From Octopus bimaculoides (taxonomy: Eukaryota), in assembly GCF_001194135.2 (NCBI RefSeq), contig NC_068985.1, positions 119,166,029 through 119,222,847 on the forward strand: a stretch of 56,819 nt of DNA, written 5' to 3'. Numbering within the stretch: position 1 is the stretch's first letter; each line of letters begins with the position of its first letter. Of the stretch, positions 1 to 14,800 are shown piece after piece. The translations under genes were made by a program, and so were the position numbers. The notes below the pieces were generated by a model, which did not search any database, had not been told where the DNA came from, and was given only the letters and a program-made list of their open reading frames with translations.

Positions 1-44
<44 letters not shown>

Positions 45-278
45 TGCATGTGTGTGTGTACATATGCACATGGATATCTACATAGGCTTTTACATATGAG
101 TATATAAATATGTGTGCATAAATATATAAATATATATATATATATATGTATGTATATAATTGCATATGCATATGTATCTATGTGTAAGTATATAGGTGTG
201 TATCTGTATGGACGTGTACATTTATGAATGTCAGTGCATATGTAGGTATGCAGAATACTGTTCCTTGGAGAGAAGTCT

Positions 279-485
279 TCATCCATTGAGGTCCAGTTCC
301 TCAAGAAGTTGGTCAATAAGCAACAACTTGTCCTTAGTCTCCTGAAGGTCACTGAAAGTTTGGACAAAGTTGGTCAAGTAGTATCGAACGTTGTCAATTA
401 TCTCAATACTGTCAGTCTCTTGCCGTTCCTTAACACTATGTGCATCTTCCTGGACCAATTCAGCAAAGTCTGGCAGTTGTATGAC
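279..485 (-). CDS. ABTB1: ABTB1 coding exon 12 (VIQLPDFAELVQEDAHSVKERQETDSIEIIDNVRYY...DLNG-stop)
   Basis: caactttcag acceptor, 207 nt including TGA at 281-279; conserved RQETDSI motif. Confidence 0.95.
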   Translation of the reverse strand, partial: VIQLPDFAELVQEDAHSVKERQETDSIEIIDNVRYYLTNFVQTFSDLQETKDKLLLIDQLLEELDLNG

Positions 486-525
486 CTGAAAGTTGATAAG
501 AGAGATAAATTATTATTATTATTAT

Positions 526-570
<45 letters not shown>

Positions 571-744
571 CAGCAGCAGCAGCAGCAATAATAATAATAA
601 TAATAATAATACTAGATATATAACATTATGGATTTATTTATTTTTCAATTATAACTGTCATGCCAGTCTTATTGTCCTAACATGTTTGAAAAGGAGCACT
701 TTTTCTAAGGTAATATTTCAATATCTTTGTTATGATTGATGTTT

Positions 745-775
<31 letters not shown>

Positions 776-2770
776 GTCGTTTAACGTCCGCTTTCCATGC
801 TAGCATGGGTTAGACGATTTGACTGAGGGCTGGTGAAACCAGATGGCTACACCAGGCTCCTGCCACAGCCTTCTATAACAGAGTTTTCTACTTTTTTTCT
901 ATATGTACTATTGCAGTTGTGACTTAGGTTACAGTTTTCTAATGGACCAATGACTGGTTCGCTTCATTTACAATATCATTAATAAGGGATTGTCTACTGA
1001 ACTTGAGCAGAACAAATATTGCAAGGAACTTCATTCAAAGACACAGTTTTATCGGTCTTTGCATTGATATTTACATCATCCATTCCCTCTCTCCCTCACA
1101 CACACAAACACACACACACACACACAAATTTGCAGATGTGGCCTAGTGGTTAAGATGTCCGGGTTATAATCATTAGGTCATTAGTTGAATTCCTGAAACA
1201 AGTGGTGCATTGTGTTCGGGAGCAAGGCATTTCCTTTCACATTGCTTCCATCAACTTTGCTGAAATTAACTGCCAGTGGCTGTTCAGGGTTAACCCTGTG
1301 ACATAGCACTTTGCCTAACCACCAAGTTACAGAGACATAAATAAACCAATACTAGTTGTCAAGCAGTATGGGTACACAAACAAACACATCACACATACAC
1401 ACACACACACACATACTTGCATATATATATATATATATGTATGTATATATATATATATATATATATNNNNNNNNNNNNNNNNNNNNNNNNNNNNNNNNNN
1501 NNNNNNNNNNNNNNNNNNNNNNNNNNNNNNNNNNNNNNNNNNNNNNNNNNNNNNNNNNNNNNNNNNNNNNNNNNNNNNNNNNNNNNNNNNNNNNNNNNNN
1601 NNNNNNNNNNNNNNNNNNNNNNNNNNNNNNNNNNNNNNNNNNNNNNNNNNNNNNNNNNNNNNNNNNNNNNNNNNNNNNNNNNNNNNNNNNNNNNNNNNNN
1701 NNNNNNNNNNNNNNNNNNNNNNNNNNNNNNNNNNNNNNNNNNNNNNNNNNNNNNNNNNNNNNNNNNNNNNNNNNNNNNNNNNNNNNNNNNNNNNNNNNNN
1801 NNNNNNNNNNNNNNNNNNNNNNNNNNNNNNNNNNNNNNNNNNNNNNNNNNNNNNNNNNNNNNNNNNNNNNNNNNNNNNNNNNNNNNNNNNNNNNNNNNNN
1901 NNNNNNNNNNNNNNNNNNNNNNNNNNNNNNNNNNNNNNNNNNNNNNNNNNNNNNNNNNNNNNNNNNNNNNNNNNNNATATATATATATATATATATATAA
2001 TATGTGTCAATACAGTTTCTTATTTCTTTATTGCTCACAAGGGGCTAAACATAGATGGGACAAACAAGGACAGACAAAGGGATTAAGTCGATTACATCGA
2101 CCCCAGTGCATAACTGGTACTTAATTTATCAACCCCGAAAGGATGAAAGGCAAAGTCGACCTCAGTGGAATTTGAACTCAGAACGTAACGGCAGATGAAA
2201 TACCGCTAAGCATTTCATCCAGCGTGCTAACGATTCTGCCAGCTCGCTGCCTTCGTGTCAATACAGTTTCTGTTTACCAAACTCACTCACAAGGCATTGG
2301 CCGATGGGAGCTATAGTACAAAAATACTCACCTGAAGAAGGGCGTACAGCTGTAGAAACCATGTTAAAGCATCATTGGTAACCAATGCAGGTCTTAAACT
2401 AGCTGGATCCGGCCAAAGTGTCGAACCATTGCCACCATGGAATACAGATATTGTATGATGGTGATAACAGGGGATGACAATATATACGAACAGCTATATT
2501 TTCAATGCAAACATGCACACACAGGATGTTTTGTGACCTACCTTCGCAAGGTTGGTAGCCATATATTCAGCACACTGATTTTGTAAACGATACAGATTAA
2601 ATAGTCGTGCTACTTTCAAGACTGATACAATCTGCTGAACTTCTAAGTTCTTGGACATGAAATTTGCACATTGTCTTTTTAAACCGGGAAGTAAATAGAT
2701 ATCAGCTGTGTAGAGGACATCGAAGACGTTGGATTCAGATAGCTAGTAACAGAAAAATAAAAGAGAAACC

Positions 2771-2815
<45 letters not shown>

Positions 2816-4009
2816 GTTCAGTAGTTTTATTTTTATAGCGTGCTTTCACTTCACTACCGAGCGCAGCTCTGTGTGCCTTGGGTATGTGCTGTGGTTTGCT
2901 GTGATGCTCTTATGGTTACTGTATTGAAAGTGTTTTGCGTAGGATGTGTGCAGTGCCCAGTAGTGCAATTTTCTGTATGTTATATATATTTGTAAGTACT
3001 GATGTTTTTATTATGTATTTGTCTGAATATTTTTTGATTATACCTAATGCGCCCACTATGATAGGAATTGTTTCTGATTTTAGATTCCACATTCGAGTTA
3101 CCTCTATTTCCAGGTCTTTGTATTTTGAAAGTTTCTCCATTTCTTTTAGGGAAACATTGTCATCTGCTGGTATTGATACATCAATTAGAAAGCATTTTTT
3201 TCCTTCATAATCTTTGACAACTATATCTGGTTTATTGGCCTTAATTTCTCTATCTGTGTGTATTGGCATATCCCAAAGTATGGTTGCTTTCTCGTTTTCT
3301 GTGACCTTTTCTGGCGTGTGTTTATACCATCTTTTTTCTGTTGTTATTACATAGTGTTGGCATAGCTTCCAGTGTATATAGGTCCCAGCTCTGTCGTGTC
3401 TGTGAATATATTCTTTCTTAGGCAGGACTGGGCAGCCAGAGATAATATGGTTTAGTGTTTCTTGTCTATCTCCACATATTCTACAGTTACTTGTTATATT
3501 TCTTTTCATTATATGTTTTTGGTAATTTCTGGTGGGGAGGCTTTGGTCTTGTGCAACAATTAAAAATCCTTCAGTCTCTGCTTTGAGTTCTGAGCTTCTC
3601 AACCATTGCTGGGATTTTTCTCTGTCTATTTCTTTTGCATTTAGTTTAGCCCAGTATTTACCATGTAGGAGCTTTTCTTGCCATCGTTTTATCATGGTCC
3701 GTTGCTGTTCTAGTTTTAGTTTGAATTTCATTTGTTTTTATTATTATTATTATGATTTTTATAGATGTTGCATAGTATACAATATTGTGAGGTTGTTGAT
3801 GGAAAAAAAACAAAAGTGTCTAGTCACAACAAGGACCTCAGACAGACAATATGCGTGCAGTTCCAAGTAATGCTGACTTTTACAATACACCTAGATTGTA
3901 GGATATTTCAGATTGGGTGGTATTGAACCCAATGCTCTGATAACAATAGGGATAACTTTTGGACTCTTGTAGCTGCCACATCTTAGCGATCTCAATTCTC
4001 GGGTCTCCA

Positions 4010-4054
<45 letters not shown>

Positions 4055-7000
4055 TATTATTATCATCATCATCATTATTAAGGTTGTGAGCCAGCAGAAT
4101 CATTAGCATGCCAAGCAAAATTTTTAGCAGCATTTTGTCTGTCTTTACATTCTGAGTTCAAATTCCACTTTGCCTTTCATCCTTTCAGGGGCCAATAAAA
4201 TAAGTTCCAGTCAAATACTGGAGTCAATATAATCAGCTTGTCTCCCACCCTCAAAATTTCAGGCCTTATGCTTATAGCAGAAAGGATTATTATTATTAAA
4301 AGTGGTAGATTAGTAAAATTGGACAAAAACACAAAGCATTTGTTCCAGCTCTTTACATTCTGAGTTCAAATGCCATCATGGTCAACTTTGCCTTTCAGCC
4401 TGCCAGGGTCGATAAACTAAAGTATTTGGATTAATAGTATATCAACTAAACCCACCCCTAAAAATGTTGGCTTTGTGTCAAAATTTGAAGCAATTATCAT
4501 CATCATCATCATCAAGGCAGTGAGCTGGCAGAATTGTTAGCATACCAGGAAAAATACTGAGCAGAATTTCATCCATTTTTACATTCTGAGTTCAAATTCT
4601 GACAAGGTTGATTTTGCCTTTCATGCTTTCGGAGTCAATAAGAATAAGTACCAGTTGAGCACTGGGGCCAATGCAATTGACTTGTCCCCTTCCCACAAAT
4701 TTCAGGCCATGTGACTATAGTAGAAAGGACTGTTGTTATTATTATTATTATTATTATTATTGTTCAGTAGTTTTATTTTTATAACGTGCTTTCACTTCAC
4801 TACCGAGCGCAGCTCTGTGAGCCTTGGGTATGTGCTGTGGTTTGCTGTGGTGCTCTTATGTTTACTGTATTGAAAGTGTTTTGCAAGTACTGCACTATTA
4901 TTATTATTATTATTTTGGAGCCGTTGCTGAAGATGCAGGTGATATCTTCCACACTGGTGTAGTATAGCCAACATTTTCTATGACAATGTGGAGGTTTGTT
5001 CATTTGTTTGTATGTATATACGCATGCATGTATGTTGTTGATTAGCCTAAAAAGTGACCAGTAGAACTAACGTCAGTAACTATTGAAACAGTAAAAAAGT
5101 GATACTAGATCAAAATAATGGTAAGAGGATAATTAGTATTATTTGATTTTCATAAATATGTATGTATGTTTGTATGTAAGTAGGTAGGTAGGTAGGTAGG
5201 TAGGTAAGTAAATTTGTAGGTAGGAGGTGGGCAGGTTTGAGACAGACCGACAGGCAGATAGACAGATATTGTGTGTCAGTTAAATACATACCTCACAGCT
5301 GTCTGTATAGATGAAATACATAATTTGTTGGAAGACTAAAGCACTGACTTCATGTAAACTGAGAAAAGGAATCCCTTCAGAGTTCTCACTTTCATTGAAA
5401 TGGTCTGTCAGGAGAACTTTGAAGTAGTCAGTTCTTGTAGAAAGGATACACTGGATTAAAAACAAACAAGGTACAAAACAGTGATAGATTGATAAAATGC
5501 ATTGATAATGGACTGACTACTCACAGGTACATGCACACTTGCATTTCCACACATGACAAATGCAGTAGTAATATATGTGTGTGTGAAGGTGGGGAGCTGG
5601 CAGAAACGTTAGCACACCGGGCGAAATGCTTAGCGGTATTTCGTCTGCTGCTTTGTTCTGAGTTCAAATTCCGCCGAGGTCGACTTTGCCTTTCATCCTT
5701 TCGGGGTTGATTAAATAAGTACCAGTTACGCACTGGGGTCAATATAATCGACTTAATCTGTTTGTCCCCTCTATGTTTAGCCTCTTGTGGGTCAATAAGT
5801 TAAGTACCAGTTGCATACTGGGGTCGATCCAATCGACTGCCTCCCCCAAAATTTTGGGCCTTGTGCCTAGAATAGAAAAGAATATGTGTGTATTAAGGCA
5901 GCAGGCTGCCAGAATCATTAGCACCTGGTGACGAGCTTGCAGAATCGTTAGCATGCTGGGCGAAATGCTTAGCAGTATTTCATCTGCCGCTACGTTCTGA
6001 GTTCAAATTCTGCCGAGGTTGACTTTGCCTTTCATCCTTTCAGGGTCGATTAAATAAGTACCAGTTATGCACTGGGGTCAATATAATCGACTTAATCCGT
6101 TTATCTGTCCTTGTTTGTCCCTTCTGTGTGTAGCCCCTTGTGGGCAATAAAGAAATAAGAATCATTAGCACCTGGGCAAAATATTTAGTGGCATTTCTTC
6201 TGGTGTTACATTCTGAGTTCAAATTCTGCCAAGGTCGACTTTGCCTTTCAGGGTTGATGAAATAAGTACCAGTTGAGTGCTGAGTCAATGTAATTGACTA
6301 CTCTCTTTCCCCAGACTTGCTGACCTTGTGCCAAAATTTTAAACTAATGTATGTATGTGCATTCATGTAAGTTTAACCCTTTAGCATTTAGATCCAAATA
6401 TTTTACCCATTTTCTGTTCAAACTGGCCAAGTCTGACCTTTTACACATACCCGACAATGTCATTCTAAAAATAAGCATCACACATAGAAATCTTTAAGCT
6501 CTGAGATAACACAACTGATTCAAAACAATGTGAATAAATAAGCTTCCATTTGACAAAATAATCTGAATGCTAAAGGATTAAGGTATTCTCTTCACAATCA
6601 TTCTAGATTCTAGGTTCTAACCCATTGTCTGGCACCTTAGGAAATAGTCTAACTTCTACTTTAGCATTTAATTTGGGCATATAAGGCCCAGATATTCTAC
6701 CCATTTTCTGTTCAAACTGGTTGAGTTCGACCACTTACACCTNNNNNNNNNNTAGGAAATAGTCTAACTTCTACTTTAGCATTTAATTTGGGCATATAAG
6801 GCCCAGATATTCTACCCATTTTCTGTTCAAACTGGTTGAGTTCGACCACTTACACCTACTCTATACTATCATGAGATTCTAGGTTCTAACTCATTGTCTG
6901 GCACCTTAGGAAATTGTCTTATCTTCTACTTTAGCTTTGGGTTGGACACAGCCTATAAAGTGAAATTAAGTGGAAAGAAATTGTAGAGAGATGCATTGGA

Positions 7001-8838
7001 TAGACTTTAATGTGATTCAAAACACTTACTTTATAACACATATTGTCACATTGATTCAGTTTTAGAATTATGTTAGGGGTACAAGTTTCTGAAGAATTCT
7101 CAGTTACGTAATACAATGGGATATGGAAACTGCATAGAATCCCATTGGATGGAATGAACTGCACTGTCACACACTGCCACATTGATTTTGCAGGCGGTTA
7201 ACATTAAAAGTAGAAATGTCTGTAAGTAACTCATCATCAACACCTGCACTGTGCACCAGGTAAACAAGGCGATCACCTTTGGTGCTAAAGTCTGGAGACT
7301 TCACATAAATTTTGTACAACTAAGAAAGAAACAGTGCAGTTATTAATAAGAAGATTTTAAGTTAATGTATGCAAGATTTCACAGCTCTAGCAAACCCATC
7401 CTTGTATTATGCCATTTAACTCTTTAACATTTGAACCAGCCATATCAGACCCGAAAATTCTACTTGCTTTATGGTCAAACTGGCCAGATCCAGTTTCTCA
7501 TACCTACCCTAAGATATCATTCTAAAAAAATAAACAATCACATCATCAAAATCTTGAAGATATGAGATAATACATGATTAATTCAAAACAATATGAATAA
7601 ATAAACATCATGTTTGACGGAATCATCATCATCATTTGGACGATTTGACAGGACGGGTTTGACATTTGGGTTGGATGGTTTGAAAGGAGCTGGTCAGGAA
7701 GAATATTAAACAATTGTTAACACAATTGGGAGGATTGGAATTTACACATCATGTATCTGTGGTATTATAATTCTGTTAATGAAAGCAAAAACAAAATAGT
7801 TTAACTTACCTTATGACCTAAAAAGCGATAACCTTCCACTATAAATCCTATATCTGCAAACATGCTGGGATATTCAGGATCAAATGGTAGTTCCCTAATT
7901 GGCTACAAAATAGAAATTTGTGCTGTATACTTTAACATCATTATCATTACCATTCTAAATTGCATTCAAATCAGACTAGACAATGGAGATGGTTTTATAA
8001 CATTACACTGAAAATTTAGGCTTATAAAAACTACCAACTTCAAGCAGATTAATATAATACTAGCTGGACCTGTGAAAAATTCATGGAAAACATAAAAAAT
8101 GTAAACATTTGTATAAATTGTGTCCTGGTGCCATGAGAAATGTTTCTATATTGTGACACTTACAGAATACAGAAAGAAGTGTAAAACAGCTAACTATATA
8201 ATCCAACCAAAATATCTCAGTTACACAAACGTATACAGAATTTAGCCTTAAAATACATCATACATATTCAAAAAACCTTCTTGGTTTAGTGACACGGAAC
8301 ATTCTGCTGGTATTCTTTTATTCTTTTACTTGTTTCTGTCATTTGTAAAACCTGTTGAGTCAAGTGAAATCATTGTCATGGCTGATGCCAGTACTGTATG
8401 ACTGCCACTCGTGACAGTGGCAAGTAAAAAGCACTATTCAAGCATGGTTGATGCCTGTCCCACCTGACTGGCTCCCATGCCAGTGGCATGTAAAATGCAC
8501 CATACGAACGTGGTCGATACCAATGCAGCCTGACTGGCTCCTGTGCTGGTGGTAGGTAGAAAGCACCATTCGAGCGTGGTCAATGCCAGTACTGCCTGAC
8601 TAGCCCCTGTACCAGTGGCACATAAAAAGCACCCACTACACTCTTGGAGTGGTTGGCATTAGGAAGGGCATCCAGCTGTAGAAATTTTACCAGATCAGAT
8701 TGGAGCCTGGTGTAGCCTTCTAGCTTGCCAGTCCTCAGTCAAACTGTCCAGCCCATGCCAGCATGGAAAGCAGACATTAAATGATGATGATGATGATGAT
8801 GGGCGTCTTTCAGTTTCCATCTCCCAAATCCACTCGCA

Positions 8839-8892
<54 letters not shown>

Positions 8893-11800
8893 GATGAATG
8901 GCTGGATGGGTGAGTGGATGAGCATTCACATAATTTCTATCTACCTAATTCCACTAACAAGGTACTGATCAGCCCCAAGTTTTGGTAGAGGAAGCTTTGT
9001 TCACAGTAAGATTGAACTCAGTACCATGTGGTGGTACAAGTGCACTTTTTAACCTCACAACTATAGTGGGTGGGCCAATGTATGTTTATAATATTTACAT
9101 TTATTTCATATTTATCAGTAAGAGTTTTTGATATGAAGTCATTATAAATACAACACAAATAGATGTGTATTTATTTAATTGATTTAGATGTTTAATTAAG
9201 AATGCATGAAGTGGCAGCATCCATGTCACGTCTACAAAAGCCCCACCTAGTACCATTCAGATAATTACAAGCAATTAATTCTAACATTAATGAAGTGGGG
9301 TCATTAAGTATAACAAAAATGTAGAGATCTTATCCAAACTATTATTGCAGCAGCAGTAGTAGTAGTAGTAGTAGTTGTAGTTGTTAGTTGCTTGTTCGTA
9401 GGTTAGCTGTGATTGAGCCAAACTATGATCAAAGGCTTTCCAGCCATGACCATCCTCTTCTTTCTCTTTCAGCTAGATGTTATTATATTTAGGATTACAT
9501 ATTCAATGTGTCCACTTTTTAAAAGATAGTAAAATATATGAGAAATTTGGCTGCTATATCTGGCAAGTGGAGGCAGCTTTCTTTCATGATTTCAGGACTT
9601 GATGACAATAAAAATATTTAAGCCAACAGAGTAACCAAATAATCAGAAGAGGAAATGCTGGTAGATATTACCAATGGTACAGTGAATTAAATTACTTGAG
9701 ATATGCAAGTTTTCTTTTCAGATGCATGATGCTGCTATCCCCCATCCCAGGGTTTCTCAGGCCCACACTTTCTACACCTTTAGAGTTGGCACACTTAATG
9801 TTGGAACATTGAAAGGTAGGTCTGGTGAGATTGTTGAGATGCCTGCTGAATGGAGACATGTTGATCTGTGCTGCATCCAAGAAGTAAGGTGGAGAGCAAG
9901 TTCTGCTAGGTTCCTCACAGGCAAAAAAACATAGGTATAAGATTTTCTATGAAACATGAGCTATGACTGCTGAGGACAGGCGTAGGCTTGAAAGAAATGA
10001 AGCTAGTATGCTCCGCTGGACGTGTAATGTCAGTGTGCATACATGACAATATATAAGCCCCCTATGAAAAAAGTTGGACATAAGACACATCAGGTGTGAT
10101 GTACAAGAGAGACAACTGTGCTGGTATGGTCATATGTTACGTATGGATGAGGACAGCTGTGTAAAGAAGTGCCAATCTCTAACTGTGAAAGAGGTAGACC
10201 CAGGAAGACCTAGGATGAGGTGGTGAAGCAAGACCTTCAAATGTTGGGCCTAACTGAGGCAATGACAAACAACCAAGACCTTTGGAGATATGCTGTGCTT
10301 GCGAAAACACAGCAAGCTAGGTGAGATTGTAGCTATGGCCTATGCCAGTATTGCATTACCAGCCCATTTAAGGGTTTCTTTCAATTATCGGGCAATGTGC
10401 TGTGCTTGAGAAGACCTATTGAGTCAAGTGAAACTGCTGTTGTGGCCCATGTGAGTACATCCTGACTGGCACCTACACAGGTTGCACGTAAAAAGCACCA
10501 TTCAAACATGGTCGATGCCAGAGCCACCAAACTGGTTCCTGTGCCGGTGGCACGTAAAAAGCACCATTTGAGTGTGGTCAATGCCAGTGCTGCTTGACTA
10601 TCGCCCATGCCGGTGGCACGTAAAAAGCACGCACTACACTCTCACAGCGGTTGGCATTAGGAAGGGCATCTAGCTGTAGAAACCTTGCCAGATCAGATTG
10701 GAGCCTGTTGCAGCCTTCTGGCTTGCCAGGCCTCAGTCAAACTATCCAACCAAAGAGCATGGAGAGCAGACATTAAACAATGATGATAATGAAATTGTTG
10801 TTAACAAGATTATATAATTTGAGGACTGAGGGGACATTAGCTTTATCATTAGAGATGGAATTATTTTTATCATTTACAATTCTGGTCATGCTTGTCTGGA
10901 AAGAAAAGAAACTATGTAGAGTAAAGAGGTCTCGCAGGGGATAAGGTTATAGAAGAGACGTGTTCCAGATGCAACACTGTAGGATCAAACCTTGTAGGAA
11001 ACAAAGCTATAGAAGAAGAGACTTGCTTAAGATGCAACACTGTAGAGTCAAACCTGGAACCATATGGTTATCAAGTAAACTTCTGAACCAGAAATTCACT
11101 TGCCTGTGCAGAAAAATGTTACAGTTTGAAACTTTTCCTCAGAACAAAAAACAAATGTGCATGTGTACCAAATTCTAGGGTGCATATATACCTAAAAATA
11201 TTTGATCATTTTAAGGCAGTGAGCAGGCAGAATTGTAAACATGCCAGACAAAATGCTTAGTGGCATGTCATTCATCTTTATGTTCTGAGTTCAAATCCTG
11301 CTGAGGTTGACATTGTCTTTCATCCTTTCAGGGTTAATAAATTAAGTACCAGTTGAGTTCTGGGGTCAATGTAATCAATTAACCCCAGCCTCCTTCAAAA
11401 TTACTGGCCTTGTACCAAAATTTGAAGCCAATATTTGATGATTTTGGCATTTATCTTGCAGGGCTGTAAACTTTCATCCTAATTTAAATGTTGACTTTAA
11501 ATGGTAGGAAACTGGTGAGAAGCCTCTCTGAAGTCAATGAGCCAGCTTGAAACAACAACCAAATCCTCCCTCAAATTACAACCTAGAGTAGTGGTTCCTA
11601 AACTTTTTCTGGCTGCTCCCTCCCTGGCACTCAGGCCACATTCCTAGCACTACCCCACCATCTCATCACCACAAACACAGAGCACTTTTTGCAGCAAATT
11701 CAAAAAACTGTATTTCACAAATATAACTTAACCTAATTAACCCATTATTTTGGGTTTTTTTCATCCATTGACTCCATTTGGCCACCCCATTATCATCCCA

Positions 11801-14800
11801 ATTTTCTTCAATGCCTCTCTGGATCTTTCCACTACCCCCAGTGACGTGGGGTGGTGCAGTATTGCCCATTTTCGGAACCACTGACCTAGAGTCTTAGATA
11901 AAGAAAAATATAGGAATCCAATGAAGTAGCCTCTATGTGGTCATTTGATCTGCATGAAAAAGCAGTAAACACCATTCTGCCATTTTACAAAAAGAAGCAC
12001 AGATTGCATAATGTGGTCCTAAATTTATAAAGAATCTGGGAAAAAAGCAAGGATGGTCACAACTTCAATGCCTTTTAACACAAGTCTGCTCAATCAAGAC
12101 TGACATGGGGCTAAACAGAAACAACTACAAAGAATTAATCTGGTTATTTATGCTATAATCATCATTTAACATCCATAATCCATGTTGGGTGGTTTTATAG
12201 GATCAGATGGACTGAACTGTTCTCCAGTGTCTGCTTCAACAGCTGGATGCCCTTCCTAATGCTAACCATTTTACATCATGTACTGAGGCCCTTTTTCCTG
12301 CCATTGGCACTTGCTTTAGTAATAAAATATTCTAGAGAAAGTCTATACTCCAAAAACGGTAAAACTTTGTTACTTACCCAAGAACCGAGTTCATGAGGCT
12401 GAGTTGCGTTGGCCAGTTTGAGAAAGTCAGTTTGTAAGTTCTTTGTAGCCGATTCACACTCCACGGTTATGGTTGTTATTTTGATAGAAGGCTTTGAAGA
12501 AACTGTCAATATACAAAAATACACTTTGATATGATGCTGATGCATAAATTAATTTTAATAGCGGAACATGTCAAGAAAACCTGTCATTTATATTTTACTA
12601 GCAGCTAAACCTGGTTTCATCCGGTCTGTTTAGATGATGTGGCACACACTCACATACATACCCGCATGCAGGTTGTTTTAATCGATTTTCTCTGTAAGTA
12701 TGAGGGCTAGAGAAAAAATAGAAAGTGCATTCCAATCTATGCACCCGTCTCCACATGTGTGCCATTTTTCATGCAAATCCACCCAGCCGTTTGGCCGTGA
12801 ACCTCAAGACAAGAAAGAATACAACGGTCGGCCAACTTCAATTTATATTATAGACAAATAATTTGTAAAAAATTTGTAAGCAAAATAAAATACATTTCCA
12901 AGAGAAATGTGAGTTATCATTTATCGATAATAATCTGTAAATATGTGCAAGAATTAATTAAAAAAATAACTTTTATATCTTACTATTTCAGTGAGATACA
13001 TGAGCTTGATGGGATGAACAGAGATTTTGGATATTAGATGGAATAGTAGATAATGACATTTGCATTTCACTATCAGGCATTTTCAAGTTTCAACATTTCA
13101 ATGTTTTTAAGTTTAGCATTGCTGAAAAAGATGCTTTGCAAATGTATGTAGTAGAAAACTGCAAAAGAATTTGTAAAGCCTTTTTTAGCTAGGTTTGGAT
13201 GTTTCTTTGAGACATGAATCCAAAATTTCTGTAAGTTCCCCTCTTCATAAATCAATAAAAGACACTGATCATTCTTGGTTTCAGCTAGTTCTTCTTCTTT
13301 GGTAAGTGAAAAATCAACTGTTGCAGTTGCAAAAGAAATGGATTTCTGATCCAATCATAGTTTTGGATTTCAATATTTGGAAAATAATAATCAAGTATTT
13401 CTCTAAGCAATGTGAAGTGGTCAACAATTAATGAGCTGATCTCACATTTTAGCTCACACTCACAAGTTTTGGAAAACATTTCAAAATTTTACAATACGGG
13501 TGACTAGACCATAACCCACACTGCCAGATATTTTAAGCATTTCAGCGTTGATTCCTGATGGGCTGGGGGATTTCCCTGTCTTCATATCTTTAATCGTTTT
13601 ATCTACCAGGTCTGTGGCACTCAGCAAGCTGTCTCACAAGAATTCCCAGTTGCCCTCTATGTCACAAGTCTGTAGCTCCTCCTCCCCCTCTTTAAATTTC
13701 TCAATGAGGATGTCTCTAAATCTCTGACCATGTGAAGAGTGCTTAAGCTTCCAAATCCTTCTTTTCCAGTGTGGTCTGTTTCTTGGCATCTTTCTGGCCT
13801 CAAATCTAAAGTCACTAATAACTAGTCTATGCTGGGGGGTACATTCTTCACCGGGGATGGTCTTTGTATTTAAGAGCAAACATGCATTCTCTGGTGCGAA
13901 TGAAATTAATCTGACTAGCTGAGTCACCTGCTTGATAGGTCATCAGGTGGCTGGCTGGCTTCCTGAAGTTGGTGTTGCAGATCAATAGTTTATTTGCATC
14001 ACAGAACTTCAGTAGCCTAATTCCCTCTTTGTTTTTGGAACCAATTCCATGACCCTCATGTACACCATGGAAGATACCAGGTTGCCATCCGACATGCCCA
14101 TTGAAATCTCCAGCCACAAAGATGAGATCATCATCACTCATCTTTGAGATAGCCTGCAGAAAAATATCATAAAAGTGGTCCTGTTGATTTGGTAGGCGTG
14201 CTTGTAGGCATAGATAATTGTAGCTATACTATTCTGCAAGACTAGCCTGAGCTTAAGCATTCTATCGCACACCCTGACTACCTCTATGACCTTATCCACC
14301 CATTTCTCAGCAAGAAGTATGCTCACACCACCTACTCCATCACTGTTACCTTCTCAGAAGATTTTATACCTATGTACCTTGCCTGTGAGGACCCTGGCTA
14401 ACGCTCCTCTCCACCTTACCTCTTGTATGCAACATATATCAACATGTCTCTGTTCAAGCATTTCTACAATCTCACTAGACCTACATTTCAATGTGCCTAT
14501 GTTGACAGTGCCAACTCTGAAAATTGGGAAAAGGAGGAAATATGGGAAGGAGAGATGTTATTCAGCACCCAAAAAGAAAGTTTCCATGATTGTTTGATAG
14601 ACATGTCACATTGGTTGTTTTCGCTTTTAACCCATCATCATTCAAACATGTTAAAATTGTTGCCCCTACTGGAGGTGAGAGTACGGAAGTATTGTAAATG
14701 AAAGTGTTTTGGGCATTGTAAATGTAAGCATTATGAGCATTGTCAATATAAGAGTTACTGGTGCTGCAGATATAAATAAAAATAAATATAAATATGCCAA

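Noticed and set aside
309-623. 104-aa plus-strand ORF
   Set aside because: Antisense shadow of ABTB1 exon 12 running into a microsatellite.
1327-2124. Long ORFs containing X runs (also 31248-32333 and 47824-48591)
   Set aside because: Artefacts of translating through N gaps.
6638-6857. About 105-bp direct repeat
   Set aside because: Copies sit either side of a 10-N gap, so this is probably unmerged contig overlap; the same applies at 51186-51325.
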